Assembly (NCBI RefSeq): GCF_009914755.1
Contig: NC_060929.1
Reading direction: 5' to 3' (one strand)
Source: the human T2T-CHM13v2.0 reference genome, Homo sapiens
DNA: 64,000 bases
The stretch's first letter is position 1; each line of letters opens with the position of its first letter. The notes beneath the pieces are model-generated. The model was not told where the DNA came from. It saw only the letters and a program-made list of their open reading frames with translations, and made no database searches. The position numbers were made by a program, and so were the translations under genes. Shown here piece by piece: positions 42,211-54,927 of this stretch.

Positions 42211-43799
42211 GTCTCTTTTGGTCTGTCTGTCCTTGTGTAGTTACAGTTGAACTTTAAGTTCTCTGGGCAATGCTTCAGGACACCTGTTTTATGTGTTATG
42301 GAAGAGCAGGATGCTGGGTCTGGAAAGGACCCTTAAAGTTCATCTGGTCCAGTGGAATGGTAAGGTGTGAGCTTCATGAGAGCAGGAGGTATCTTCATTC
42401 CATCATTGATGAGTCCCCCTGCCAGTTACATAGTAGTAGCTCAGTAAGTATTTATTGAAAAAATGAGTGTTGAATAATTTTGTTTTTTAAAGCATTTATT
42501 CAAACCTCCAATATTAAACAGATCATATCAGAGATGCTCTGGTTAAAGTTTTTAAGTGGAGGTGGGGCCCAGAGTTCCACAGTCTAGAGCCTGCTCTAGA
42601 ACTACCCACAGCTTGAAGGCTACTCATCTAATCCAGATCCCTGCAGTACAGATGAAGATGCCTGATGTCCAAGGAGGTTTAGTGTCCTATCAAAGACCAC
42701 TCTGCTAAGGAGGAACAGAGCTGACTTTTCTGATGCCGAGTCCCAAAGTTCTTTCCCCCACCACAACATAAGGGGGTAGCCTGGCCCCCAGACTCCTTAC
42801 AACTGAGAATATACTTATAGGAAAACGACAGCTGCTTGGCACATAGATGGTTATGTAATTCAAGTTACTCAAAGACAACCTTAATTTACATGTGATAGCT
42901 AAACAAAGATTTTCTGTCTCATAAATTAAGAATGAGCAATTGCATTGTCTACTACCACATCCCATGAAATACCTCTAAACTCAGAGAACTCTTTGTTGGT
43001 TTTAAAAGATACCAAGATCCATTTTATTGCTTGTTTGAAGATTATTCATTTTATGGCTGAAGGGAGATTATGGCACTTTTGCTATCCTCCAGCCTTTCCC
43101 CCATCCTCCAAGAACCTTTCACCCCACCTGCCTTGCCATGATGAAAATGTTACAGGAAACACTCAGCAAGGGGTTGCTCGGAAGAAACCTGTGTGAGAAT
43201 GTGTGCCTTCGTTTGGGTATGAGAGGGTATCTACCAGCAGGGATGCCCATCCAATTATCTCTCCCGAAGGCGCACTCCCTATTCTTTTAGGAGCATATTA
43301 ATCATTTTTACTCTTCCACAGGCATTTCCAGTGTTGTCAAAACAGTGCCTGCCTGCATCTGTTTTCTTCAATTGGCCTGGGTTCCAGGGAGTGTTTGTGA
43401 GAGAGGAGAGAACAAGAGATTGACAGTCTTGTGTTGACATTTTGTGGCTGTTTGGAAATGAAAACAATCCAGGTCTGATGTTGTAATTCCTCCTTTTATG
43501 GGCAAAAAGCAATGTCTCAGCATGAATGAGCATAACCGAACACACTAGGACACACCCCAGACACACTGTGTACTCCCGGGACACTCACCATGCTTTTAGT
43601 TACTGCTGTTGTAGAATGAAAGGCAGAAAAGGTCTTTTATTGAGCCAAAGAATCAAGAAATCTTTTGATTCTCCATACCCAAATCTCCTACTCCAGTGGG
43701 ATGAATAAAATGTCAAAGAGAAAAAAAAATCCTGATTTTTTAATTTACTATATATATATGTCTTTTTTTCTTCTTTTCAAACTATAATATTAATCACAA

Positions 43800-44350
43800 C
43801 TCAATTTTTAGTTACCCAAGTAATAGATTTTCATTGATAAATATGAAAACAATATAGATAAACAGAACTTCTCTTTACCTATTCCCCTAATCTGACACTG
43901 TTCTTCATTGTATATCATTATTATCCCTCCACTGCACATATCTCCAGGCGTTTTCTAAGTATTTACATTCATATATGTCTATTTGCATATAGGAATGCAC
44001 ATATTTATTTGGTGGGAATTTTTGTTTAATATATAAATTGTTTATATGGTACATATTTTACTATGACTAGCTTTTCTAACTTAAATATGTGTTGCATATT
44101 TTCTTCATATCAGTATGTATTCATTGATCTTATTTGCTTTAAGAGAAGTATAATCTTTCATAGAATGGATATATGGAAATTTATTTAATTATTTCCCAAA
44201 TGATGAAAATTTAGATTATTTTCAATTTTTTATGATTACAAGCAATAGTGTGATGAAATTTGTTGTACTTATCTTTTTAAGCACATGTGCCAATGTTTTC
44301 TATGGAATAGACATGAAGAAATGAAATTTATGGGTTAAAGGGTAACACTT
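43800..44350 (-). mobile_element. Old L1ME 3' fragment
   Basis: 'ATTTATTTAATTATTTCCCAAATGATGAAAATTTAGATTATTTTCAATTTTTTATGATTACAAGCAATAGTGTGATGAA'. Confidence 0.7.
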
Positions 44351-44383
44351 GCTTTTTAAAAGCAACAATAAAAACTATCTAAC

Positions 44384-44750
44384 TGTCTTAGCTTGAGCTG
44401 CCATAACAAAGTATCACAGACCAGGTGGCTTAAACAACAGACATTCATTTCTCACAGTTTTGGAGACTGGTAAGTCCAAGATCAAGATGCCTGCAGATTT
44501 GGTTCCTGGTGAGGGCCGTCTTCCTTACTTGCAGATGGCCACCTTTTTGCTGTTTCCTCACATGGTGAAGAGAGAGAAGGCTCTGGCTCATCTTCCTCTT
44601 CTTATAAGGACACTAATCCCATCATGGAGAGGGCCCAACTTCATTTAAACCAAATTACTTCCCAAAGACCCTATCTTCAAATACCATCATATTAGGGGTT
44701 TGGGTTTCACATATGTATTTTGAGGGTACACAAACATTCAATCCATTATA
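44384..44750 (-). mobile_element. MLT1A-type solo LTR (ERVL-MaLR)
   Basis: TGTCTTAGCTTGAGCTGCCATAACAAAGTATCACAGACCAGGTGGCTTAAACAACAGA...CTTATAAGGACACTAATCCCATCATG...CACAAACATTCAATCCATTATA. Confidence 0.88.
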
Positions 44751-44829
44751 TATCTATTTATCTGAATTGGTAATAAATTCCTACAGAAAAAAATTACAAA
44801 GTCAGGATCAAGCAGAATCATAAATCTAA

Positions 44830-45690
44830 AAGCAGGCAGACAAAAATGGTGGATTTTAATTTAGCTATATCGATAATCACATTAACTGTAAATGTTCTAA
44901 ACACTTTATTAGAAAACATAGATTGTCAGATGGGATTAAAAGAAAATAGCAAGACTCGACTCTATCCTACCTACAAGAAACCCACTTTATATCTAAAGAC
45001 ATAGATAGTTTAAAAGTAAAAGGAGAGAAACAAACAGTAGTCTAACACTAACAAAAAGAAAATCAAAGTGCTTAATAACAAACCGGACTTAAGAACAAGA
45101 AATTATTACCAGGGATGAATGGGTATTAGATTATAATAAAGAGGTCAATTCATAAAGAAGACATAATAATCCTAAATGCGTATGCGTCAAACAAAGTAGC
45201 TTCAAAATACATGAAACAAAAATTGACAGAATTGAAAGAGTAAATAGACAAATCCAGTTATAGTTGGAGTCTTTAGCACTTCTCTCTCAGTAATCAAATA
45301 GAAAAAATAGACAGGAAGTTACTAAGAATGTAGATAACCTAAACAGCACTGTCAACCAACTTGACCTAATTGACATTTAGAGAGCGCTTTACTCAGCAAC
45401 AGTGGTACCTCAAAAATATTAAAAGAATTTAAATCTTCCAAGGTATGCCCTCTGACCATGATAGGGTTAAAGAAGAAATCAATAACAGAAAAAGATTTTT
45501 AAAATCCCCTAATATTTGGATATTAAACAACATATTCTAAGTAACCCATGGGTCAAATAGGAATTCACAAGAGAAATTGGAAAACATCTTGAATTGGATA
45601 AAAATAAAGATTCAAAAGGTCAAAATTTGTAGTACAGCTAAAGCTGTAATTAGAAGAAAATATGTAGCATTAAATGCTTATGTCAGAAAG
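44830..45690 (+). mobile_element. Old L1M ORF2 5' (endonuclease-region) fragment
   Basis: 'ATAATCACATTAACTGTAAATG...CTACAAGAAACCCACTTT...ATAATCCTAAATGCGTATGC...CCAACTTGACCTAATTGACATTT...CTCTGACCATG...GCATTAAATGCTTATG' corresponds to degenerate TLNVN, LQETH, NxYA and SDH endonuclease motifs. Confidence 0.85.
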
Positions 45691-47256
45691 GTAATTGGAA
45701 AACTCACAAAATTGAAAAGAGCAATGGAGAAACAGAATCACAACAAGCAAGAACAAGGGACGAGGCAGTAGCTAGACACATAGCCACGATCATGCTTCCC
45801 AGCAACTCTGCATCAGTTGCAGGCTACTGGCTGCCACAAGTTGCCTGGAAGCAAGCCTCTCTTGGCTCCAGAAATTGGTTCTTACCACCCCAGCTGTTGC
45901 CACCCATAACAAGAATGGTTTCCTTCATTTCTTGACACCAGCTCTCTCTTCATAGTCCAGAGCTTGAGAGTCTGATTGGTTGAGCCCAGGCCATGTTCTT
46001 CTATCCTAGCTATAAAAGTTGATAGGAGAGTAAGTGGCTTAAGTGTTCAGTTTCTGTGGTGGCAGGCTGTGTCTCCAGTAACAACTCAGAAAGTGAGGAT
46101 CTCTCCAAACAAAAGAAACAATTTCAGAAAAGTTATCACTGTGCCATGCCACCATCTTTTCCCAGACTCCTGTTTTCCTCCCAACAGCCAATCATTCTCG
46201 TTAGTTTCTAGAGTAGCCCCAGAAAAGGATACATATGTGTAAATTTCTGTGTCCCTCCCCCTTCTTTATAAGTGAATAGAAATTTATAAGGTTATTGAGT
46301 GAGACTTTCCCTGATACTGTGTAGCTGGTTAGAAAGACCCAGACCTGAGATCGAAGTGTACCCTATAGTTTAGAGAGGATTTTGATTGGTAGCATTTGGG
46401 AATATTGGCAGGAAAGGGAAACTAATGTCTCACTCCCTGACTTGCTGCCTGCCTCACATGGCTGGACAACTGGATATGAGATTTAAATAGGACATGAATG
46501 AAAAGTCTAAACTAAACTAGACTGAACATTGTTTAATTATGACAATGAGCCCTACCCAAGATGTTGTTTGTCACATGATGGCAAAGGAGACTTTGACAGA
46601 GTGTGGTGAAAGTATTTATTCATATTGGTGACAGTACTTAGTTGCAGTCAATAGAATCCACTCTAGCTAGCTTTAAAAGAGTTTTATTTAGGTATATAGA
46701 AGGCTCATAGAACCACTGATAAGGTTAAAGAATCAGACTCCAGGCTGAACCCCATGGACCTGACCTCAAAAGCATTTCTGCCTCTGCCACAATATAAAAT
46801 GAACAAACAAGTAAACAAACAAACAAATCAGGAAGCCACCACAACTTCTGGCTTCAAGACTGTTTTTGCTGATAGAGGCCAAATGAATGCTCCATGTCCT
46901 ACCTTCTTAAAATAAAGTTAGTTTTAAATCAAAATTTTTTTGTAGATATAGTTTATTTTTGCAACCTGAATTATACGTCCCCATCATTGGGGCATGGGAA
47001 ATGGCAATATATGGTTGTTGTTTTTGATTCTACATTGGAAAATTTGGATTTAAATTATGGGAAATATTAGAATGTGGAAAAGCGTTTAATAGATTTGGGG
47101 CAACACAAATGACAGTATTGACTATAGCTACCCTTGGAAAAAATAAATCATTTTATGTTAATTCACATTGAACTGAGACTGTGCAAAAAACCGGTTGAAG
47201 AAATATATAGCTATGAACTACAAGCTATTGTTGTCATTTAAAATGTATCTATATCT

Positions 47257-47578
<322 letters not shown>

Positions 47579-47944
47579 AAAATATATCTATATCAGTTAC
47601 ACATAGATTTGCTTTGGTTTGTTAGCGGCTGTATAATATTTCACCATGAGGATGAACTCTATCATATTAAGCCCTCTAATGATAGAAATTCAAGTTGCTT
47701 GCTATCTTTTACTATTTTTTTCAATAGCAAAAGTTTTTTTTTTAAGCTGCAATGCAAATCCTGGCACACAAGTGCAAGTATAACAACATCTTCCATGATT
47801 ATGTCCCTTCTAAATAACAGGCTAGAATCTCTTTGCTTTTTCCTCCTGAGTTAAATAAAAGGATCCTTTTGTTCCTCTCAAGAATGTACTACATAATTTT
47901 AAATCCATTCTTGAATAAAAGTAACAGCAATAGAAACAGACTCG

Positions 47945-48075
47945 TGGCAGATGTAGCTCTCACATCAGCCACCAGCTACGTCTGTGACCTCAGGCAAGTC
48001 ACAAATCCCTTTGGACTTAATTTCATTACCTCTAAAATGTAAGGGTTGGACAAGGTGATCTCTGAGGCCCAGCTA
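47945..48075 (+). mobile_element. MIR3 fragment
   Basis: 'TGTGACCTCAGGCAAGTCACAAATCCCTTTGGACTTAATTTCATTACCTCTAAAATGTAAGGGTTGGAC'. Confidence 0.7.
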
Positions 48076-48729
48076 CTAAACGGTGGTCCTTAGTAGTGTC
48101 TTTAGGATACGTAATATTGCCTGAACATTTTATGGCATCAATAATTATGCCTTTTAGGTACAGTAACTTTCAGTTTCTTCTCGTGTCTCCATCCCTTCTC
48201 ACTTTCCCAACAGCAAAAGCAGCACCTCAAACAGAGTAGATGGTTAGTAAACCAGTTATTGACCAATGGGACAAGCCTATTGAATGAGAGACAAAATTTG
48301 AATTTATCCATTCATTCATCATCCAAAATAACCAACCCTGTGCTTTGCTTGTATTTCAGTTCTAGAATATTATTTCCCAAGAATTTCTATACTTCCCTAT
48401 GGCTAATGAATAGAACCATCCTTTACCGATTCCGTTCTTTTGCAACTGGATTATTTAGTATTGTAAAGTATGGTTATAAAGTAAATATTTTTTTCCCTTA
48501 AATTTATTCTATTAGTAATGTACTCTTTAGTCCTTTGGAAAATTTGGAACTCTAAATAATCCAAATCCCTTCATGGAAATCAGGCAAAACCTGTTCGAAG
48601 AGTTTCTCTTTAATGTCTATGAAAGTATTTTGTAAATGCCCCACCTTAATGCAGCTCTGTGATTGTGGACAAAAAAGTAGAGCCTGGGGTCTTGAATGGA
48701 CAATGGATTATAATGAGGTAGATAACCTT

Positions 48730-48930
48730 GGAGCATGGTGAGAACAACATACACTTCATTGGGCAAATCACATTTTGCCTCACTAGCTGTGTGGCCTTAG
48801 GGGAGTTACCTTACCTCTCTGGGCCTCAAGTTAATAATACTTTCTTGGCAGGGCTATTGTGAAATCTAAACAAGTATATGTAACACGTCTGTCATATGTA
48901 ACCCCCCCAATCATAGTAGTTGTTAATATG
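48730..48930 (+). mobile_element. MIR fragment
   Basis: 'CACTAGCTGTGTGGCCTTAGGGGAGTTACCTTACCTCTCTGGGCCTCA'. Confidence 0.75.
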
Positions 48931-49279
48931 ATTACCCATGCAGAGTGATGTTGATGAATACAGAAGGCATTCTAGAATAAATGATGTTGAAATGGTAGGC
49001 TAAATGCAAAGCCACAGTGAAGAAGGCAGGGCAGCCTGAACCAAGTGTAAGGAACTACCCTTTAGCTTCCACGAAGCCACCTGAATGGAATCTCCTGCTG
49101 TCAGCTCACCAGACGCAGTCTCCACAGGTTTATGTAAAAGCTGGTTATGCTCTTAATTTGGTCCACTAAAAAATTGTCCATTGTCTCCTGGAGTGACCTT
49201 TATGCCGAAAACATCATCTAGCTATTCATGCAGAGGTGTATGCAGTGTGTCTGGGCTATCTTGGAATGCCTCTTCTATT

Positions 49280-49960
49280 ACCACATTCAGAACATCACTT
49301 CCGCATTCCCTCCTCTCCAACCCAACTGCTGCCTTGTCTCAGGCTGTTATCCACCGTTCCCTGACCCTTGCACTGGTCTTGCCTGGAGCCTCACTCCTCT
49401 ATGAGCTGTCTTTAATCTGGCTGCCAGAGTTATTGCTCCACTCCCTCTCTGCTGTCTACAGGGGGAAATCATATTCTTCTGTAGCACTTACAAAAGCCTC
49501 CATCACCTCTCCTCCTGCCTCTCCAACCTAATCTCCACCATTTCTTGCCATTCTCTCCCCACCAAGCCCCGCCCAATCAAACTCTACTCTCCCAGGAATA
49601 CTGATCTATTTACATGTCCCAGAATGTTCTATGTTTTGTATTGCACATAGAGTTCCTCCTGTCTGGAATGCCCTCCACAAATGTGTTCATTTGAGAAGCA
49701 CCTACCAGTTTTCGTGATGTCTTCCCTGGCTCCTTTTCTCAGCTTAGCTGTGCTCCTCCCCTGCACCCACCCAATCTTCCAGACAAACCTCGATAATGCA
49801 ATTGCCTTACTGCAGTGTAATGCTTTGTCTTTGGCCTCCCACAGTCATATCACAAGGCCCTTGAAAGGCTCTTTGATAATGAGAACTACATGTGTTTTCA
49901 TCTTTATATCCGTGGGACTTAGAACAACACTTGGCACATAGCAGGTGCATGATAAATGAT
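49280..49960 (+). mobile_element. L2 3' fragment
   Basis: 'TTCCCTCCTCTCCAACCCAACTGCTGCC...GTTCCTCCTGTCTGGAATGCCCT...ACACTTGGCACATAGCAGGTGCATGATAAATG'. Confidence 0.75.
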
Positions 49961-49972
49961 GGTACCTGCTCT

Positions 49973-50900
49973 CTGTATCAGTTGGGAATGAGTTTGGCTG
50001 CAAGTAACAGAATACCTGGCTGAGAGTATTTCCCACAGAAGTAACACAGGGAATTATTTCCTACAGATAACAAGGTTTCTGGAAGCAAGTAGTTGCTGGT
50101 GTTGGCTTAGATATTCACTGATGCCATCAGGGTCCCTGGTTCTATCTTTCCCCTTTCAGTCTATTCTCAACACAGCAGCCAGAGTGATCTTAAAATGTCA
50201 ATCTCAATCAAATCATGTCACCCTCTCCTCCAACCCTCCAGTGATTTGCTTAATGATTTGCTTGTTTTGCTCAGGGGAATAGCCACAGTCCTTATATTAG
50301 CCTCTAATGCCCTGCCCAGGGTGAATACCTACTTTTCTTTTTTCCATAATACTTATCACCATGTGACATATTATAGCCTTTATTTCTCAGATGTTATATA
50401 TTGTCTTTCTCTCCTGTTACCACTAAAAATAAACACCAAGGAGGCAGGGATTTTGTGTGCTTTTTTCACTGCTGTGTCTCTAGCAACTAGAACAGTGCCT
50501 GGCACATAACAGACACTCAATAAATACTAGTTGAATAAATAAATGAATGGCTCTTTCTACTTTACCTCCCTTCCAGTCTAAGCTTTGTCTTCATCTTTGT
50601 TGCCTCATGGCTACATGATGGCTGCTGCTTTCCAGACATCATGTCCATGTCCAAGGCAAAAAGAAATTGGGGAAGAGTAGTGCCAGACACATGGGCCCTC
50701 TTTATCACATAAGCAAAACTTTCTCAGGAGTCCCAAGCTGACTTTAGTTTATATCTATTTGGCTTGGGTTATGGCACAAGCTACCAGCAGCAGTGAGAGA
50801 AACTAGGAAAGCAAGTAGGTAACTGGGCACATTGCTGCCCTGAGCAAGATCGATAAGAAGAGAAGGGCTGGACATGGTATCACTAACTGGGTCTACTGTG
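49973..50900 (-). mobile_element. MLT1J/K-like LTR split by an L2a insertion
   Basis: 'TGTATCAGTTGGGAATGAGTTTGGCTGCAAGTAACAGAA...GATGCCATCAGGGTCCCTGGTTCT' (to about 50143) resumes at about 50550 as '...CCTCATGGCTACATGATGGCTGCTGC...ACTGGGCACATTGCTGCCCTGAGCAA'. Confidence 0.7.
50145..50548 (+). mobile_element. L2a 3' fragment
   Basis: 'CAGTCTATTCTCAACACAGCAGCCAGAGTGATC...CTAGAACAGTGCCTGGCACATAACAGACACTCAATAAATACTAGTTGAATAAATAAATGAATG'. Confidence 0.85.
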
Positions 50901-51639
50901 AAACTGCTAAAGGAAGAACCCAAACTTTGGGAACAAAATGGGAAATGCACCACCCTCTCCTAGAATCATCTCTGCCTCACATCCCTTCATTTCCCAGATG
51001 ACCTGCCCTTGGCCACTGAAGGAACATGAAAGGCACAGGCAGCCTGTGGCCTGAGGCTCAGAGAGTGCAACAGAGACCTTAGTGTCTGCTCCCTTGAAGC
51101 TCACCGGAAGGCCAGCATATAATAGCGTTCAAATAATTGCATCTCTCAGGCTTGCAAGCACGCTCAGCATTGTTCAGGCAAACTGTGCCTTCCTGTGCCT
51201 CTGAACTTGGTCACCGCAGATCAGCCCTGCCCAGTCTTTGGGTGCTCCAGACTGCACACTGATGAAGAAACTTTGGCAACTGTTAAATTGCCTGCAGATG
51301 GGTCCAGTCACGCAGAAACATTCATGCAGTGTCCTCCAGACCCTTTGTGTGCTTCCCCGGATACAAGAGAGTGGGACCTGGACCCCCGCTCTGCCCAGCA
51401 GGCTTATGCTGCTCTACATCCTCTGGGGAAGTGACTGCAGCTCATTTGAACCTAGAAGCAACCATGTGATTCTCTCCCAGGCCGTGGTTCTCCTGACACA
51501 TGTAGCAGAAGCCATTCCAGGAAGAAAAGGTGCCTGGACCCTGGATATTAGGGCCTGAAGCAAGGCATCACCAGGAAATTCTCTTCAGTTATTTTGGCTC
51601 TGACCTCGATTCCATCATGATGCTTGTCACCACATTCTT

Positions 51640-51765
51640 CACTAGGTGAGGGGCACCATGAGGATAGTGACTGTGTATTTCATCTGTTTGTACCTCTAGC
51701 ACGTAGCACACTGCCTAGTACCATAGCAGGTGCCAAATAAATAGGCACTGAAAGAATGAATGAAA
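51640..51765 (+). mobile_element. L2 3' end
   Basis: 'GTACCTCTAGCACGTAGCACACTGCCTAGTACCATAGCAGGTGCCAAATAAATAGG...GAATGAATGAA'. Confidence 0.7.
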
Positions 51766-53556
51766 GATTCCCTGAAAATAGAATGTGACAGGCATGTGGA
51801 AGCGAGAGGGGAGAGGGAGCCTGAGGCACCCTGTGGGTGGTACAATACTTCTTCATAGCCTTTGCGTTACAGTCTAAAGATTTTACCAGCTTCAAATATT
51901 AAACACCTAGAGAGATTTTTTTTTCCACTTTTGCTGTCTTAAGCTCATTAACTTTCTTCAAGGTTTTGCCCATTGTTGCCACTGGAAAGAAAGAGGGAAA
52001 AAATGTTAGCACGTCCATGGAATTTGCAAAGTTACCAAATAGTTTAATATCCAGGTAAATCAATGGCAGCTCAAAAATTCCATGATTGTGTAATCCTGCC
52101 TCAGCTTTTTAATATGAGAATATTTACCACTGAAGGAGTACCTTGATCCCCTCTGACCAGCTGTGAGCTTATTAGTCTAATTCCCAAGTAACTCTAATCA
52201 AACATGATCATTTAAAAAATCTTCAGTAGCTAATCTTCCTCTCATTCAATTAAAAATATCTGTCATCTTCTCGATGTGACATCCAAAGGCTGGGAGTCCC
52301 AAACCTTGCTAAAAGAGAAAAGACATTTTCCCTATATCATGTGCTGGGGTATTTCCAGGGCTTATAATGGTGAGAAAGAAATGCTCTCCTGTATCCTATG
52401 CCAGCCAGTAGCATTCTGTCCAAACAATTCCCACACACTCCCACCCAGATGAATTGTATTTAAAGAGAATAGATTTTCACCTGAACACTCTATCTGATTT
52501 AGAACTCTGCTTTTCTCCATGAATGCAGAGAGAAAGCTATAATTCTTCACAATCATGAGCATCTTTAGCCTTGGGAAGTATGTCAACGTGCTGGAAGAAG
52601 GTAGTTGCTTCTCAAAGGCTGCCATGTTAGAAATCCATATGGCCAATGTTTCTGCCATTGTTCCTTTCCTGCTGTGAGGAAAAGTGCCTATGTAGTCTCT
52701 GGCTACACGTGATTGTCCTGTGTGATACGATGCCATGATCTGGCCGTCTCTTACAGTACAGCTTTTCATTCCGAGATAGCCTGTCGTGCTGGCTGTTTTG
52801 GATGAAGCTTGGCATGAGCACAGAAAGTCCATACAGCCACCCACAACTTGATCTACTAGTTGTGAACGGAAACTTTTGAACACGTTCCACCAGCTGCACA
52901 ATGGTACCATTTATTACTTTATTCTCAGGGGAAAACGTTTGCTGTGTGAATAATACCAGGGACTTATGTAAGCTTCTTCATTTTCAGGGAGCTTTATGGG
53001 TGTCAGCAAATTCACACAACACCCTGGTAAGGTAGCAAGGTATTGTTATGTCTTCTTTACAGGGAGAGAAACCAGATCACAGCATCGGATTTTCCCAAGG
53101 CCAAATGGACAATAAGTGGCATGGACTTATTTCCAGAGAGATCCATACTATTCTGCTGGAAAGCACAAAGAATTTCCCACTCACAGAAAGTCTCAGTGGG
53201 ATTCAATCCTGGACTTAAAACTTGTGGATTAGTACCCTGACTTTTGATGTATCTCCTAAATGTTGCCTTACTTTGGGTTTTGTCCAGATAGGTAAAAAGA
53301 GCAAGATAAGGCAGGGGCACCCATCTAGGTGAGTGATGAAGATTTCAGTATCTCCCTTGCCACAGAGTAAATGTCTAATCTATAATCACAAGATCATGGG
53401 GGTTTGGGGGTGTGTGAGGGGATGTAAGTATCTATAAAGCCCCATGAGAAAAAAAAACTTGCAGTATAATATAGAACAGATTTGTTTATTTCAATTGCTG
53501 TTTAGGAGATTGAGAAAGGTTTCCCTATCAGCTCCAGGAACATACTAAATACCTGC

Positions 53557-54034
53557 TGTAGTGAGTTGAATTGTGGCCTCCAAAAAGATATGTCCAAGCC
53601 GTCAACCCCAGTACCTCTGACTGTGACCTTATGTAGCAAATGGGCCTTTGCAGGTGTAATTAAGGAATGATCTTGGGATGAGATCATCTGGATTTAGGAT
53701 AGGCTTAAATCCAACGACAGCAGTCCTTAAAAGAGAATGGCAGTGGGAGATCTGAGACACAGACATAAGGAGGGGGAAGACCAGGTGAAGACACGGGCAG
53801 GGACTGGAGTGATTCAGCTGTAAGCCAACGAACGCCACGGGTTGCCAGCAGCCACCTGAAGCCAGGAGGGCGTGGAATCGGTTTTCCCTCTGAGCCTCCA
53901 GAAGGAACTGATTCTGCCAGCACCTTGATTTCAGGCTTCTGGCCTCCAAAACTGTGAGAGAATTAATTTTTGTTGTATTTTAGGTCACCCAGTTTGTGGC
54001 TATTTGTTAGACTAGCCCCAGTAAACCCTCTTCA
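53557..54034 (+). mobile_element. MLT1C solo LTR (ERVL-MaLR)
   Basis: TGTAGTGAGTTGAATTGTGGCCTCCAAAAAGATATGTCCAAG...GAGCCTCCAGAAGGAAC...CACCTTGATTTCAGGCTTCTGGCCTCCAAAACTGTGAGAGAA...CACCCAGTTTGTGG. Confidence 0.9.
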
Positions 54035-54114
54035 GCTCCTTCTTCCAGTCTTTAGAGTCATATGGACTTTAACCCAATTTAAAGCTGTATACACGCCATG
54101 CCAGACATTTCATT

Positions 54115-54243
54115 TTAATTGTTTTATTTTTGTAGAAATGGGGTCTTGCTCTGTTGTCCAGACCGGAGTGCAGTGATGTGATAATAGCTCACTGCAGCCT
54201 TGAACTCCAGGTCCAAGTGATCCTCCTGCCTCAGCCTCTCCAA
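54115..54243 (-). mobile_element. Alu monomer (FLAM/AluJ-arm type)
   Basis: 'TAGAAATGGGGTCTTGCTCTGTTGTCCAG...ATAGCTCACTGCAGCCTTGAACTCCAGGTCCAAGTGATCCTCCTGCCTCAGCCTC'. Confidence 0.85.
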
Positions 54244-54252
54244 ATCTTTTAA

Positions 54253-54254
<2 letters not shown>

Positions 54255-54302
<48 letters not shown>
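54255..54302. repeat. (TG)n microsatellite
   Basis: About 24 perfect TG units. Confidence 0.95.
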
Positions 54303-54306
<4 letters not shown>

Positions 54307-54927
54307 ACAGAAAGAGAAAGGGCATTCTAATTCGAAAGTGATTGAAAATTATTCTCCTGGATAACCATCATTAGTGAATGAAGAATTGGATTATCTTGAC
54401 ACATCTCACTGTGAAAGCAGAAGGGCATCTGGAAGGCAGAAGAAGTCAAGAAGACAGTGGAGTGAGTTCAAATTCTGATTGCAAAGCAACAATTTTCATA
54501 CCTTCTCTTCTCTAGGCCACTGCACCAAGGAGCACACATGGAGCACAGAATAGCCTTTAAAAATAATAAGGTAATAATTACTAACACAAATTCATGACAC
54601 GAAATTCAACTATTATTGAAATTCATAATATAGAAATGACAACCTCTAAAATACATATGGTACATATTCCTCTGATATTTTTATCCCTGCTCAACAATAT
54701 AAATACACACACACACTCTTTCTCCCCCTAACATTTTAAAAATTGGAATGGAGAGTAGGTCTGCAGTCAGCCTGGTGCCTACTAATTTTTTGGAGCTAAT
54801 TCAGCTTGACAGAAGCAATGTTTGCTGAGTGTGCCTGGGTGTAAGTCCTGTTTCTTGCAAGCCTTGGGTAAGGCACAAAACCTTCACAAAATACATCTGA
54901 TATGAGATTACTTCTATGGTTAGAGAA

